A stretch of DNA of 64,000 nt from Actinomycetota bacterium. GTDB lineage: Bacteria > Actinomycetota > Geothermincolia > Fen-727 > Anoxymicrobiaceae. The first letter of the stretch is position 1; every line of letters starts with the position of its first letter. Below are positions 8,599 through 18,846 of the stretch, in pieces. Made by a program: the position numbers and the translations under genes. The stretch spans positions 55,462-119,461 of the forward strand of contig JAHIMR010000096.1 in assembly GCA_018896525.1 (NCBI GenBank). Reading direction: 5' to 3'. The notes under the pieces were generated by a model. That model was not told the origin of the DNA. It saw only the letters and a program-made list of their open reading frames with translations, and searched no databases.

Positions 8599-9537
8599 AT
8601 GGCGTTCGAGATGCCTAAGGAGACAACCGATTCAAGGATAAGGGAGGTAACTCTTGGAACCACCGACGTCAAGGTCGGCGGGGAGAACGTGATGCCTTTC
8701 TGTCTTTTCGAGGGCGAGATGCCCAACCGGCCGCTTATCGCGGTCGAGGTCTACGACGACAACCCTCAGGAGTGGTCGCCGGTGGTGGCCCAGCCGCTGG
8801 CGGACGTCCTGGCGGACCCTGTGGCCTGGGCCAGGAAGGCCCAGGACGAGTGGGGAGCGGACATCATAGCGCTGCGCCTCAGGAGCACAGACCCCAAGGG
8901 TGACGATAACTCCCCCGAGGAAGCGGCCCAGACCGTCAAGGCGGTGGCCGAGGCGGTGGATATCCCGGTGATCGTCTACGGCCCCGAGGACGTGGATAAG
9001 GACGGCGACGTCCTGAAGGCGGCGGCGATAGCGGCTGAAGGGAAGAACGTAGTGCTGGGGCCGGCCATGGAGGACAACTACAAGACCATTGGAGCGGCCG
9101 CCCTGGGATACAAGCAGACGGTCGCCGCCAAGACCCCCATCGACGTCAACCTGGCCAAGCAGCTGAACATCCTGCTTTCCAACCTGGGTGTCGACACCGG
9201 GAAGATCATCGTGGACCCCACCACCGGGGCGCTGGGTTACGGGCTGGAGTACACCTACTCGGTGATGGAGCGGCTCAAGCTCGCAGCCCTGCAACAGGAC
9301 GACACCATGACCCAGATGCCGCTCATGGCGGATGTCGGAGTTGAAAGCTGGAAGGCGAAGGAAGCCAAGTTTCCCGCCGCCGATGAGCCGGCCTGGGGCG
9401 ATGAGAACAAGAGAGGCGTGATGTGGGAGATAATCACAGCGACCACCCTGCTGGTGGCCGGGGCGGATATCGTTATCATGCGCCATCCCGACGCGATAAA
9501 GACAGTCAGGGAAGTAATCGACAACCTGATGGGGTAG
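8599..9537 (+). CDS. acsD: Corrinoid Fe-S protein small subunit (AcsD / CdhD delta)
   Basis: About 312 aa TIM-barrel type sequence (VKVGGENVMPF..., IVIMRHPDA) typical of AcsD. Adjacent to cooS/acsB/acsC. Confidence 0.85.
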   Translation: MAFEMPKETTDSRIREVTLGTTDVKVGGENVMPFCLFEGEMPNRPLIAVEVYDDNPQEWSPVVAQPLADVLADPVAWARKAQDEWGADIIALRLRSTDPKGDDNSPEEAAQTVKAVAEAVDIPVIVYGPEDVDKDGDVLKAAAIAAEGKNVVLGPAMEDNYKTIGAAALGYKQTVAAKTPIDVNLAKQLNILLSNLGVDTGKIIVDPTTGALGYGLEYTYSVMERLKLAALQQDDTMTQMPLMADVGVESWKAKEAKFPAADEPAWGDENKRGVMWEIITATTLLVAGADIVIMRHPDAIKTVREVIDNLMG

Positions 9538-9593
9538 AAGCGGGCCGCAGTTGGCCTTTGACAAGCTCAAGAAGAGCGAGGAGTTGAGGTAAG

Positions 9594-11543
9594 TTGGCAG
9601 ATTCAGGAGAAAGAAGCGCATGCGAAGCCACCATCGAGATGCTCCAGAAGGCTTGCGAGGAGGACCAGTCCACGGCGTTCAGCAGGACCGAGAAGATGAA
9701 ACCCTGCACCATAGGCGCCAGCGGCATCTGCTGCAAGAACTGCGCCATGGGGCCGTGCAGGCTTACCCCCCCCAAGAAGGAGGGCGACGAGCCCAAGCGT
9801 GGCATCTGCGGGGCTACCGCTGAGGTTGTCGCGGCGAGGAACTTCGTGCGAATGATAGCGGGAGGCTCGTCGGCCCACTCCGACCACGGCCGGGCGGTCG
9901 CTGAGACGATGATACTGGCGGCCAGGGGCGAGGCCGAGGGATACCGGGTAAAGGACCGTATCAAGCTGCTGGAGGTGGCCGCCGATCTGAGCATCGAGGT
10001 CGCCGACCGGCCGGTCGAAGAGATAGCCCTGGACGTCGGCGAGAAGTGCCTGGCCATGTTCGGGCAGCAGGAAGGCGAGCTGGCTTTCGGCTGGAGGGCG
10101 CCCGAGGCCCGCAAGGAGATATGGCGCAAGCTCGGCATCTTCCCTCGGGGCATCGACCGCGAGGTGGTCGAGACCATGCACCGCACCAGCATCGGCGTGG
10201 ACCAGGAGATGGAGAACATCATACTGCAGGGCTCCCGGTGCGCGCTGGCCGATGGCTGGGGCGGTTCCATGATAGCCACCGAGCTTCAGGACATACTGTT
10301 CGGTACCCCCACCGCGATAAAGTCCAAGATCAACCTTGGGGTGCTGGAGGAGGACCAGGTCAACCTCATCGTTCACGGGCACGAGCCGCTTCTGTCGGAG
10401 ATGATACTGCTCGCCGCCCGGAGCGAGAAGATGATAAAGAAGGCGGAGGAGAAAGGCGCCAGGGGTATCAACCTTGCCGGGATATGCTGCACCGCCAACG
10501 AGATACTCTCCCGGCACGGCATACCGATCGCGGGCAACGTCCTGCAACAGGAGATGGCCATCCTGACCGGGGCGGTGGACGCGATGGTGGTGGATGTCCA
10601 GTGCATCTACCAGGCGATAGGGGAACTGTCTCAGTGCTATCACACGAAGATAATAACCACAAGTCCCAAGGGCAGGATGCCTTTGGCCGAGCACATAGAG
10701 TTCCACGAGTCCGACGCTATAGCTATAGCCGAAAGGATAGTGGAAACCGCGATAGACAACTTCCCCAACAGGGGAAAGGTGGATATCCCCGATGTTAGCA
10801 GCGACTTCACCGGTGGCTACGACCACGAGTATATCAACTACATGCTGGGAGGCCGCTTCCGCGCCTCCTATCGCCCCTTGAACGACGGCATCATCGACGG
10901 CCGCATCCGCGGGGTTGTGGGCGTTGTCGGATGCAACAATCCCAGGGTGCCCCACGATGCAATACACGTGCAGGTGGTCAGCGAGCTGGTGGCCAACGGA
11001 TGCCTGGTGGTAATGACCGGCTGCGCCGCGCAGGCGGTGGCCAAGACTGGCCTCATGAAACCGGAGACGGCGAAGGACGTTTGCCCCCAGGGGCTCTACG
11101 AGATATGCGAGGCGGTCGGGATACCGCCGGTCCTGCACATGGGCTCCTGCGTTGACAACAGCCGGATACTCATAGCACTCACCGAGATGGTCAAGGAGGG
11201 AGGGCTGGGAGACGACATATCAGACCTCCCCGCGGTCGGGTGCGCGCCCGAGTGGATGAGCGAGAAGGCGATATCCATCGGCCATTACTTTGTAGCGAGC
11301 GGCGCGGCGGTGGTGTTCGGGGTGGAGTGGCCGACATCCGGCAGCCAGGAGTGTACTGACTACCTGCTCGAGGGGATCTTCGAGCAGTACGGGAACTCCT
11401 GGCACTACGAGCCGGACCCCGACAAGATGGTAGCCAAGCTGCTAAGCCTGATAGATTCAAAGCGCGATGCCCTGGGCATCCTGGGGAAGCGCGAGCGCGT
11501 CCTGTTCGACATGGCCGCGAGACGCGAGCTGTCGATAGACTGA
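9594..11543 (+). CDS. acsA: Anaerobic carbon-monoxide dehydrogenase catalytic subunit
   Basis: N-terminal cluster-B/D cysteines CTIGASGICCKNCAMGPCR, plus internal GCNNP and HMGSCVDNSR motifs of Ni-CODH (CooS/AcsA). TTG start. Confidence 0.9.
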   Translation: MADSGERSACEATIEMLQKACEEDQSTAFSRTEKMKPCTIGASGICCKNCAMGPCRLTPPKKEGDEPKRGICGATAEVVAARNFVRMIAGGSSAHSDHGRAVAETMILAARGEAEGYRVKDRIKLLEVAADLSIEVADRPVEEIALDVGEKCLAMFGQQEGELAFGWRAPEARKEIWRKLGIFPRGIDREVVETMHRTSIGVDQEMENIILQGSRCALADGWGGSMIATELQDILFGTPTAIKSKINLGVLEEDQVNLIVHGHEPLLSEMILLAARSEKMIKKAEEKGARGINLAGICCTANEILSRHGIPIAGNVLQQEMAILTGAVDAMVVDVQCIYQAIGELSQCYHTKIITTSPKGRMPLAEHIEFHESDAIAIAERIVETAIDNFPNRGKVDIPDVSSDFTGGYDHEYINYMLGGRFRASYRPLNDGIIDGRIRGVVGVVGCNNPRVPHDAIHVQVVSELVANGCLVVMTGCAAQAVAKTGLMKPETAKDVCPQGLYEICEAVGIPPVLHMGSCVDNSRILIALTEMVKEGGLGDDISDLPAVGCAPEWMSEKAISIGHYFVASGAAVVFGVEWPTSGSQECTDYLLEGIFEQYGNSWHYEPDPDKMVAKLLSLIDSKRDALGILGKRERVLFDMAARRELSID

Positions 11544-11603
11544 CACTGAAAGTGTTCAGAAGGGAACGGCAAGTAGCCGGACCCGTCACAAGGAGGGAAT
11601 TGG

Positions 11604-13790
11604 ATGTCCAAGATCATAGCAAGCGCGGCGATCAGAGGTACTCACGCCATCCGTGAGAGGGTAGGCAAGAGGCTCGATGAGGCGCTGGAGAAGTACGGTG
11701 AGAAGCAGGAGATAAGCTTCCCCAACACCGGCTACTACCTGCCGATAATATTCGGGATGACAGGGGAGAAGGTTGAGAATCTCGGTGACTGCCCCAAAGT
11801 GATGGCAATAGCCGACGACCTGATACCCCCGGTGCCGGCCGAGAACCTGTGGACGCCGTACCTGGGCCCCACCCTGGACGCGGGCATGGCTACCCTGTTC
11901 ATGGAGGAGATCGAAGAGGCCATCAAGTACCTCGACGGCCCCAACCCGGTGGACGGGATATGGCTGGGCGCGGCGGATGACGTAATAATGCGCGAGCGCG
12001 GGGTGGAGTTCGTGGACGGGTCCGCCCCCGGTTTCTGCGCGCTGGCCGGTTCCGCTCCCACCCCCGAGATTGCCGAGGCGGTCGTCAAGGAACTGCAGGA
12101 GAAGAACCTCTACATCTGGTGCAGCGGGAACTTCAACGGCACCACCGTGTCGGAGCAACTGGACAGCCTGGGCGTGCAGCTCGGCTGGGAGACCCGGATC
12201 GTTCCCTACGGGCGGGAGATAGGGTCGGCGGTCTATTCCCTGGGGTTCGCCGCCCGCGCCGCCCTGAGCTTTGGAGGGGCCGAGCCCGGTGACTACCGCA
12301 AGGTACTCCTGTACAACAAGAACCGGATATTCGCGTTCGTGCTGGCGCTTGGCGAGGTGACCGACGAGTGGTACGCCAACGCCGCCGGTGCCATCAGCTA
12401 CGGGTTCCCTACCATAGCCGACACGCCTATACCCGAGATCCTGCCGACCGGTGTCTGCACCTACGAGCACGTGGTCTCGAATATCCCCCACGACGAAATC
12501 GTGCAGAAGGCGATAGAGGTCCGGGGTCTGAAGATAATGGTAGACAAGGTCCCCATACCCATGGCCTACGGTCCCGCTTTCGAAGGGGAGCGCATCCGCA
12601 AGGACGATATGTACTGCCAGTTCGGCGGCAACATAACCCCCGCGTTCGAGTTCGTCCAGATGAAGGAGATGGACGAGGTCGAGGACGGCAAGATCGAGGT
12701 CATCGGCCCCGAGGTAGATGACATCGGCGAGGGCGACGCCCTCCCGCTGGGGATCGTGGTAGACGTCGCCGGCCGTAAGATGCAGGAGGACTTCGAGTCC
12801 ATACTGGAACGCCAGATCCACCACCTGATAAACGGTGCCGAGGGAGTCTGGCACATGGGGCAGCGCGACATCGTCTGGACCCGTATCAGCAAGAAGGCCA
12901 AGGAGAAAGGTTTCAAGATAAGGGATTACGGGACCATTCTTCACACTAAACTGCTGGGTGAGTTCCCCTCGATTGTGGACAAGGTCCAGATAACCTTATA
13001 CACCACCGAGGAGGATTGCCTCCAGTGGCAGGAGAAGGCCAGGGCCAAGTACAAGGAGCGTGACGAGAGGACCGCCGGCATGACCGACGAGACCACCGAG
13101 ATATTCTACTCCTGTACACTGTGCCAGTCGTTCGCTCCCACCCACGTGTGCGTGGTGACACCCGAGCGCCTCGGGCTGTGCGGGGCCTACAACTGGCTTG
13201 ACTGCAAGGCCGCCTACGAGATTGACCCCACCGGCCCCAACCAGCCGATACCCAAGGGCGACACGATCGACGAGAGATTGGGGCAGTGGAAGAACGTCAA
13301 CGAGTTCGTGTATAACAATAGCGGCAAGGCCCTGGATAAGTTCAACGCCTACTCCATGATGGAGGACCCGATGACCTCCTGCGGCTGCTTCGAGTGCATC
13401 GTGTCGTTCCTGCCCATCTGTAACGGCGTGATGATCGTCAACCGCGAGTTCACTGGAAAGGAAACCCCCTGCGGGATGTCGTTCTCAACGCTGGCCGGCA
13501 CGGTCGGCGGAGGGAACGTGACCCCGGGGTTCGTGGGAATCGGGAAGGTCTATATCACCAGCAAGAAGTTCATCAGCGCCGACGGGGGTTTCCACCGCAT
13601 AGTCTGGATGCCCAAGGCCCTGAAGGAGACGCTGACCGACGAGTTGGCGAAGCGGGCTGAGGAGTTGGAGACCCCCGACTTCGTAGACAAGATAGCCGAC
13701 GAGACGGTAGGTGTAACCGAGGACGAGATACTCCCGTTCCTGACCGAGAAAGAGCATCCCGCCCTCACCATGGACCCGATGCTACAGTAA
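11604..13790 (+). CDS. acsB: CO-methylating acetyl-CoA synthase (ACS alpha, A-cluster subunit)
   Basis: 728 aa. A-cluster ligand region MTSCGCFECI and upstream CTLCQSFAPTHVCVVTPER are characteristic of bacterial AcsB. Confidence 0.92.
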   Translation: MSKIIASAAIRGTHAIRERVGKRLDEALEKYGEKQEISFPNTGYYLPIIFGMTGEKVENLGDCPKVMAIADDLIPPVPAENLWTPYLGPTLDAGMATLFMEEIEEAIKYLDGPNPVDGIWLGAADDVIMRERGVEFVDGSAPGFCALAGSAPTPEIAEAVVKELQEKNLYIWCSGNFNGTTVSEQLDSLGVQLGWETRIVPYGREIGSAVYSLGFAARAALSFGGAEPGDYRKVLLYNKNRIFAFVLALGEVTDEWYANAAGAISYGFPTIADTPIPEILPTGVCTYEHVVSNIPHDEIVQKAIEVRGLKIMVDKVPIPMAYGPAFEGERIRKDDMYCQFGGNITPAFEFVQMKEMDEVEDGKIEVIGPEVDDIGEGDALPLGIVVDVAGRKMQEDFESILERQIHHLINGAEGVWHMGQRDIVWTRISKKAKEKGFKIRDYGTILHTKLLGEFPSIVDKVQITLYTTEEDCLQWQEKARAKYKERDERTAGMTDETTEIFYSCTLCQSFAPTHVCVVTPERLGLCGAYNWLDCKAAYEIDPTGPNQPIPKGDTIDERLGQWKNVNEFVYNNSGKALDKFNAYSMMEDPMTSCGCFECIVSFLPICNGVMIVNREFTGKETPCGMSFSTLAGTVGGGNVTPGFVGIGKVYITSKKFISADGGFHRIVWMPKALKETLTDELAKRAEELETPDFVDKIADETVGVTEDEILPFLTEKEHPALTMDPMLQ

Positions 13791-13879
13791 GTAATTCTGA
13801 GCGCCGACCGTTCCCCTGGCGGGGGATGGCGGCAGGCGAAAAGATAAATAGGTGAAGGAGTAATGAAAGGAGTAAGCAG

Positions 13880-15232
13880 ATGGCACTGAGTGGTCTTGAC
13901 ATCTTCAAGATGCTCCCCAAGACGAACTGCGGTGAGTGCAAGTTGCCGACCTGCCTGGCGTTCGCCATGAAACTGGCCGGCGGACAGGCCAAGCTCGATG
14001 ACTGCCCCTACGTCTCTGACGAGGCCAGGGAGGCGCTTGCCGAGGCCTCCGCGCCGCCGATAAGGGGAGTCACCGTCGGGACCGGTGACAAGGAGTTCCT
14101 CACAGGGGAGGAACTGGTCCTGTTCCGCCACGAGAAGCGGTTCGTGAACCCGGCCGCGATCGGCGTCATGTTATCCGACGCGATGCCCGACGATGAGATA
14201 GAAGCGAAGGTACAGGAGGCCGGCAAGGATTCCTGGGAGCGGATAGGGCAGCAGCTTGAGGTAAAGCTGCTGGCGGTCAAATGCGAGTCCGGCGACGCGG
14301 GCAAGTTCAAGGACGTGCTGGCCAAGGTCAAGGGTGCTTCCGACCTGGCGATGATGCCCATGACCGAGGATCCCGCGGTGATGTCGGCGGCCCTGGAGGT
14401 GGTGGGTGACGACAACCCGCTTCTCTACTGCGCCACAGAGGCGAACCTGGACGAGATGGGCGCCCTGGCCAAGGAGAAGGGGCTGCCGCTTGTCCTCAAA
14501 GGCACCGATATTCATACACTGGCCGCACTTTCCGAGAAGGCGATGGAGATGGACCTGGCTGACCTGGTACTGGACCCGGGCACCCGAAACCTCAAGGACA
14601 CCCTCGAGTCGCTTATCGGGATCAGGAGGGGCGCGCTGAACTCCAAGTTCAAGCCGTTCGGGTTTCCGTCGATAGCGTTACCCTGTGAGGAGACCGATGA
14701 CCTGTTCTTCGAAGGCGCGCTGGCCAGCATCTACATCGCGAAGTATGCCGGCATAGTAGTGACCTCCAGCCCGGAGCCGTGGCTGCAGTATCCGCTCCAG
14801 GTGGAGATACAGAACATCTACACCGACCCCCAGAAGCCGATGGCGGTCGACTCGGAGTTCTACGAGATAGGCAGCCCGGGACCCGATTCCCCGGTGCTGG
14901 TAACCACCAACTTCTCGCTGACCTACTTCATCGTCTCCGGTGAGATTGAGGCCAGCAAGGTGGACGCCTGGCTGGGCATCGTCGACTCCGAGGGCCAGTC
15001 GGTACTGACCGCGTGGGCGGCCGGTAAGTTCGTACCGGACATAATCGCCAAGTTCATCAACACCAGTGGCATCGCCGACAAGGTTGAGCACCGGAAGCTG
15101 ATAATCCCCGGTTATGTGGCCCAGATATCCGGTGAGCTCGATGAGGAGCTCCCCGACTGGGAGGTCCTGATAGGGCCGCGTGAGGCGGCCGATCTATCTA
15201 CGTACCTGAGGCAGTACGTTTCCGCCAGCTAG
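13880..15232 (+). CDS. acsC: Corrinoid Fe-S protein large subunit (AcsC / CdhE gamma)
   Basis: N-terminal 4Fe-4S motif LPKTNCGECKLPTCLAFAMKLA. About 450 aa, typical CoFeSP large subunit. Confidence 0.9.
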   Translation: MALSGLDIFKMLPKTNCGECKLPTCLAFAMKLAGGQAKLDDCPYVSDEAREALAEASAPPIRGVTVGTGDKEFLTGEELVLFRHEKRFVNPAAIGVMLSDAMPDDEIEAKVQEAGKDSWERIGQQLEVKLLAVKCESGDAGKFKDVLAKVKGASDLAMMPMTEDPAVMSAALEVVGDDNPLLYCATEANLDEMGALAKEKGLPLVLKGTDIHTLAALSEKAMEMDLADLVLDPGTRNLKDTLESLIGIRRGALNSKFKPFGFPSIALPCEETDDLFFEGALASIYIAKYAGIVVTSSPEPWLQYPLQVEIQNIYTDPQKPMAVDSEFYEIGSPGPDSPVLVTTNFSLTYFIVSGEIEASKVDAWLGIVDSEGQSVLTAWAAGKFVPDIIAKFINTSGIADKVEHRKLIIPGYVAQISGELDEELPDWEVLIGPREAADLSTYLRQYVSAS

Positions 15233-15266
15233 GCCGGCGAACCAGTGGATATAACAGGAGGAGCAG

Positions 15267-15941
15267 ATGATTATCACCAAGCAGAAGCCCTTCGAGGTGG
15301 TACTCGAGGAGCTCGGAGACGCGAAAAGCGTCTTCCTGGTGGGTTGCGGCGACTGCGCCACGCTCTGCGAGACCGGTGGTGAGGACCAGGTCAAGGAGAT
15401 GGGCCAGAAGCTGGAGTCCGAGGGTAAGAAGGTGGCGGGATCGGTGGTGCTCGAGGTGGGCTGCCACGAACTGGACGCCAAGAAGCAGTTCCGCGTCCAG
15501 AAAGACGAAATCGCTGAAGCGGACGTAATCCTGGTCATGTCCTGCGGGGCGGGTACCCAGGCGGCCCGGGCGGTCACCGACAAGCCGGTGTTCCCGGCGA
15601 ACGACACGCTGTTCCTGGGCAACATCCTTCGCTACGGAAACTTCGAAGAGAAGTGCAGCCTCTGCGGTGACTGCATACTGGACGAGACAGGGGCGATCTG
15701 CCCGGTTACCCGGTGCCACAAGGGAATCCTGAACGGCCCCTGCGGCGGCACCGACAAGGGCAAATGCGAGGTGGACCCCGACAAGGAGTGCGGCTGGACC
15801 CTTATCTACCAGCAGTTGGAGAAAGAGGGAAGAGTGGAAGCGATGAAGGAGTACCGGCCGGCTAAGAACTGGAACGCCGTCCTCAAGCCGGGCAATTTCG
15901 TGATTCCAAGCAGGCGGAAGGGCGGTGATGAGGGTGAGTAA
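15267..15941 (+). CDS. metV: Methylene-THF reductase-associated Cys-rich subunit (MetV; MTHFR C-terminal-like domain protein)
   Basis: Cys-rich CSLCGDCILDETGAICPVTRCHKGILNGPCGG motif. Overlaps the metF start by 17 nt, as in acetogen metVF pairs. Confidence 0.75.
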   Translation: MIITKQKPFEVVLEELGDAKSVFLVGCGDCATLCETGGEDQVKEMGQKLESEGKKVAGSVVLEVGCHELDAKKQFRVQKDEIAEADVILVMSCGAGTQAARAVTDKPVFPANDTLFLGNILRYGNFEEKCSLCGDCILDETGAICPVTRCHKGILNGPCGGTDKGKCEVDPDKECGWTLIYQQLEKEGRVEAMKEYRPAKNWNAVLKPGNFVIPSRRKGGDEGE

Positions 15942-16860
15942 CGTGTTAGGGATAGAGAACAAGAAGCCTTCCATAGAGGAGATACTGGACTCCGGGAAGT
16001 TCCTGGTATCGGGAGAGATAGGGCCGCCCAAGGGGCCGGACATCGAGGAGATGATAGGTCACATCGACCTTCTCAAGGACAGAGTCCACGCCATGAACAT
16101 CACCGACAACCAGAGCTCGGTGATGAAGTACCCGTCCCTGGCGACCGCGCTCATAATACTGGAGCACGGCGGCGAGCCGATCCTCCAGGTGACCTGCCGC
16201 GACCGCAACCGAATGGCCATCGAGTCCGACCTGCTGTTCGCCTACACCCGCGGAGTGCGCAGTGTCCTCTGCCTGACCGGCGACTCGGTCCCGGTGGGCG
16301 ACCACAAGGAGTGCAAGTCGGTGTTCGACCTGGAGTCGGTCCAGCTCCTCAACCTCTTCCGGACAATGGAGGAGGGCAACGACATGGGCGGAAACGAGAT
16401 GAACGGCCCGGTGAAGTTCTTCCCGGGCGCCATCGTGACCCCCGAGGCGGACCCGCTTGAGCCGCAGCTTCTCAAGTTCGAGAAGAAGGTCGAGGCCGGC
16501 GCCAGGTGGTTCCAGACCCAGGCGATTTACGACATGGACCACTTCGCCAAGTTCATGAAAGGGGCCAGGGAGTACCCGGTAAAGATACAGGCAGGGCTCG
16601 TGCTCCTGGTATCCGCTGGTATGGCCAAGTACATGAACAAGAACGTGCCGGGCGTGTTCGTGCCCGACGAGCTGGTAGGCGAGATGGCGGCGTCGGAGAA
16701 GGGAAAGGCCCTGGACACCGGCATCAGGATAATGGCAAGGCAGATAAAGAGGATCCGGGAGGAAAACCTCGCCGACGGCGTGCATATAATGGCCATCGGC
16801 AAGGAGGGTGTCGTACCCCGGATACTCGAAGAGGCCGAGCTGGATATTAACGACCTGTAG
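15925..16860 (+). CDS. metF: 5,10-methylenetetrahydrofolate reductase
   Basis: 311 aa MTHFR TIM barrel (NITDNQSSVM, CLTGD, FQTQAIYD motifs). Confidence 0.85.
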   Translation: MMRVSNVLGIENKKPSIEEILDSGKFLVSGEIGPPKGPDIEEMIGHIDLLKDRVHAMNITDNQSSVMKYPSLATALIILEHGGEPILQVTCRDRNRMAIESDLLFAYTRGVRSVLCLTGDSVPVGDHKECKSVFDLESVQLLNLFRTMEEGNDMGGNEMNGPVKFFPGAIVTPEADPLEPQLLKFEKKVEAGARWFQTQAIYDMDHFAKFMKGAREYPVKIQAGLVLLVSAGMAKYMNKNVPGVFVPDELVGEMAASEKGKALDTGIRIMARQIKRIREENLADGVHIMAIGKEGVVPRILEEAELDINDL

Positions 16861-16897
16861 GCGAGACCCGGGGAGCGTTCGAGTGGAGCCAAGGTTC

Positions 16898-17923
16898 ATG
16901 GCGACCGCCATCGGAAGCCTGCCGCATACTGACACCGGGGCGGCGTGCCGGTTGATGCTGGAGAACCTCACCGGGATGCCCCCATGGCCGCAACTGCCTG
17001 CGAGATGCTTCCTGGAAAACATGTACGCCCAGTACAGCGAGGGCCTGCCCGGGATACGGGTGGACGAGTCCGCCCGGCGGGTCTGGTTCCAGTCCGACGA
17101 GATGACCGCGGACGAGCTGGAGGAGTTCTACCGGTTGGTCATCGAGGAGGACCTGGATTCATTCGCGGTGAGCGAGCGTTACGCGGCCGGGCTGGCGGGC
17201 TTCCTTGGAGGGGAGTTCGAGGAGGAGCTCGAGGGGAGGCCGTTTATCAAGGGCCAGGTCACCGGTCCTGTCACGTTCGGCCTGACCGTTAGCGACCAGG
17301 ATGGGAGGGCGTCTCTATACGACGGGACGCTGGAGCAGGCCATAGTCAAGGGCCTCAACCTCAAGGCCAGGTGGCAGAGCCGCGAGCTCAAGCGGGCGGC
17401 GCCGGAAGCCGACGTGGTCCTGTTCTTCGACGAGCCGTACCTGGTGTCGGTGGGCTCGGCGCTGGTGGGCGTCACCAGGGAGCAGGTGATAAGGGATATC
17501 AAGGAGTGCATAGCCGGCTGCGGGGCGGACGTGACCGGGATACACTGCTGCGGAAACACTGACTGGTCGATCTTGTTCGAGGTGGGGGTTGACATAGTAA
17601 ACTTCGACGCGTTCGGTTGCCTGGAAGGTTTCACCGCCTACCACCGGGAGATAGAGGCACACATAAGCCGCGGAGGTGTGATCGCCTGGGGGGTCGTCCC
17701 GGACAGCGAGAAGGCGATCGGCCTCTCCGCCGGAGGACTGGCCGACATCCTGGAAGGCGCGTTCGACACGCTGGAGGGCAGGGGGATAGACCGCGAGACG
17801 CTTGCCCGCCAATCGATAGTGACACCGGCGTGCGGGTTGGGCCCAACGTCGGTGGAGGCGGCCGGAGCGGCGCTTTCCCTGACCGGGGAGCTGTCGAACC
17901 TTCTTAGGATGAGGTACTTCTAG
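16898..17923 (+). CDS. Short MetE-fold (UROD/MetE superfamily) methyltransferase; candidate folate-independent 'core-MetE' methionine synthase
   Basis: About 341 aa. Starts AIGSLPH (compare MetE GSFPR). Zn-ligand-like IHCCGN (H-x-C) and TPACGLG (compare MetE PDCGLK). Start set at ATG 16898. Confidence 0.6.
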   Translation: MATAIGSLPHTDTGAACRLMLENLTGMPPWPQLPARCFLENMYAQYSEGLPGIRVDESARRVWFQSDEMTADELEEFYRLVIEEDLDSFAVSERYAAGLAGFLGGEFEEELEGRPFIKGQVTGPVTFGLTVSDQDGRASLYDGTLEQAIVKGLNLKARWQSRELKRAAPEADVVLFFDEPYLVSVGSALVGVTREQVIRDIKECIAGCGADVTGIHCCGNTDWSILFEVGVDIVNFDAFGCLEGFTAYHREIEAHISRGGVIAWGVVPDSEKAIGLSAGGLADILEGAFDTLEGRGIDRETLARQSIVTPACGLGPTSVEAAGAALSLTGELSNLLRMRYF

Positions 17924-18844
17924 ATGGCACGGGTCGAGAAGGCCAGGATGCCCCGGTGGATGCGCCGCCGGGTGGTGTATGGGCCGGCGCTGCGCCGGGT
18001 CGAGGAGGTATTGGCCGAGGAGGGTTTGGCTACAGTGTGCGTAGGGGCACGCTGCCCCAACCGGGGGGAGTGTTACTGTGCCGGTACGGCCACCTTCATG
18101 ATACTGGGTGACCGGTGCACCCGGGACTGCCGCTTTTGTGCCGTGCCCTTTGGGCCGGTCTCACCGCCGGACCCCGGGGAGCCGGAAGCGCTGGCCCGGG
18201 CCGCGTCCAGGATGGGTCTGAGGCACGTGGTGATTACGTCGGTCACCCGTGACGACCTCCCCGACGGTGGGGCAGGGCAGTTCGTGAGGACGGTCAAGGC
18301 GGTGAGGGAGGCGCTGCCGAAGGCGACGGTGGAGGTTCTCATCCCCGATTTCAACGGGGACCGTGCCGCCGTTGATAAGGTAATCGGGGTTGGGCCGGAC
18401 GTCTATAACCACAACGTGGAGACGGTCAAGCGGCTGTATCCCCAGGTAAGGCCGCGGGCCGCCTACGAGAGGTCTCTGGCGGTGCTGTCAATTGGCCGGG
18501 AGGCGGGGCTTATCACCAAGAGCGGCTTCATGGTAGGCCTCGGCGAGTCTGAGGCGGAGACCGGTCGGTTGCTGGGGGACCTGCTGGTGGCGGGCTGTTG
18601 CCTGCTGACGGTGGGACAGTACCTGCGGCCGACCGCGGAGAGCGAAACGGTCAGACGCTACTACCGGACGGAGGAGTTCGATGCGCTGCGCGAGAAGGCG
18701 CTCGACATGGGGTTCGAGGCGGTGGCCGCCGGGCCTTACGTGAGGAGCTCTTACTTCGCGGGCGAGATGCTTCAGAGCGTGCGCGAGAAGCGCACTGCTG
18801 ATAGACGGAAACGGTGTTCACAGGACGAGATGGCAAGGAGGTAG
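17924..18844 (+). CDS. lipA: Lipoyl synthase
   Basis: Auxiliary cluster CPNRGECY and radical-SAM CTRDCRFCAV motifs. ESE motif (GLGESEAE) present. Confidence 0.9.
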   Translation: MARVEKARMPRWMRRRVVYGPALRRVEEVLAEEGLATVCVGARCPNRGECYCAGTATFMILGDRCTRDCRFCAVPFGPVSPPDPGEPEALARAASRMGLRHVVITSVTRDDLPDGGAGQFVRTVKAVREALPKATVEVLIPDFNGDRAAVDKVIGVGPDVYNHNVETVKRLYPQVRPRAAYERSLAVLSIGREAGLITKSGFMVGLGESEAETGRLLGDLLVAGCCLLTVGQYLRPTAESETVRRYYRTEEFDALREKALDMGFEAVAAGPYVRSSYFAGEMLQSVREKRTADRRKRCSQDEMARR

Positions 18845-18846
18845 GC

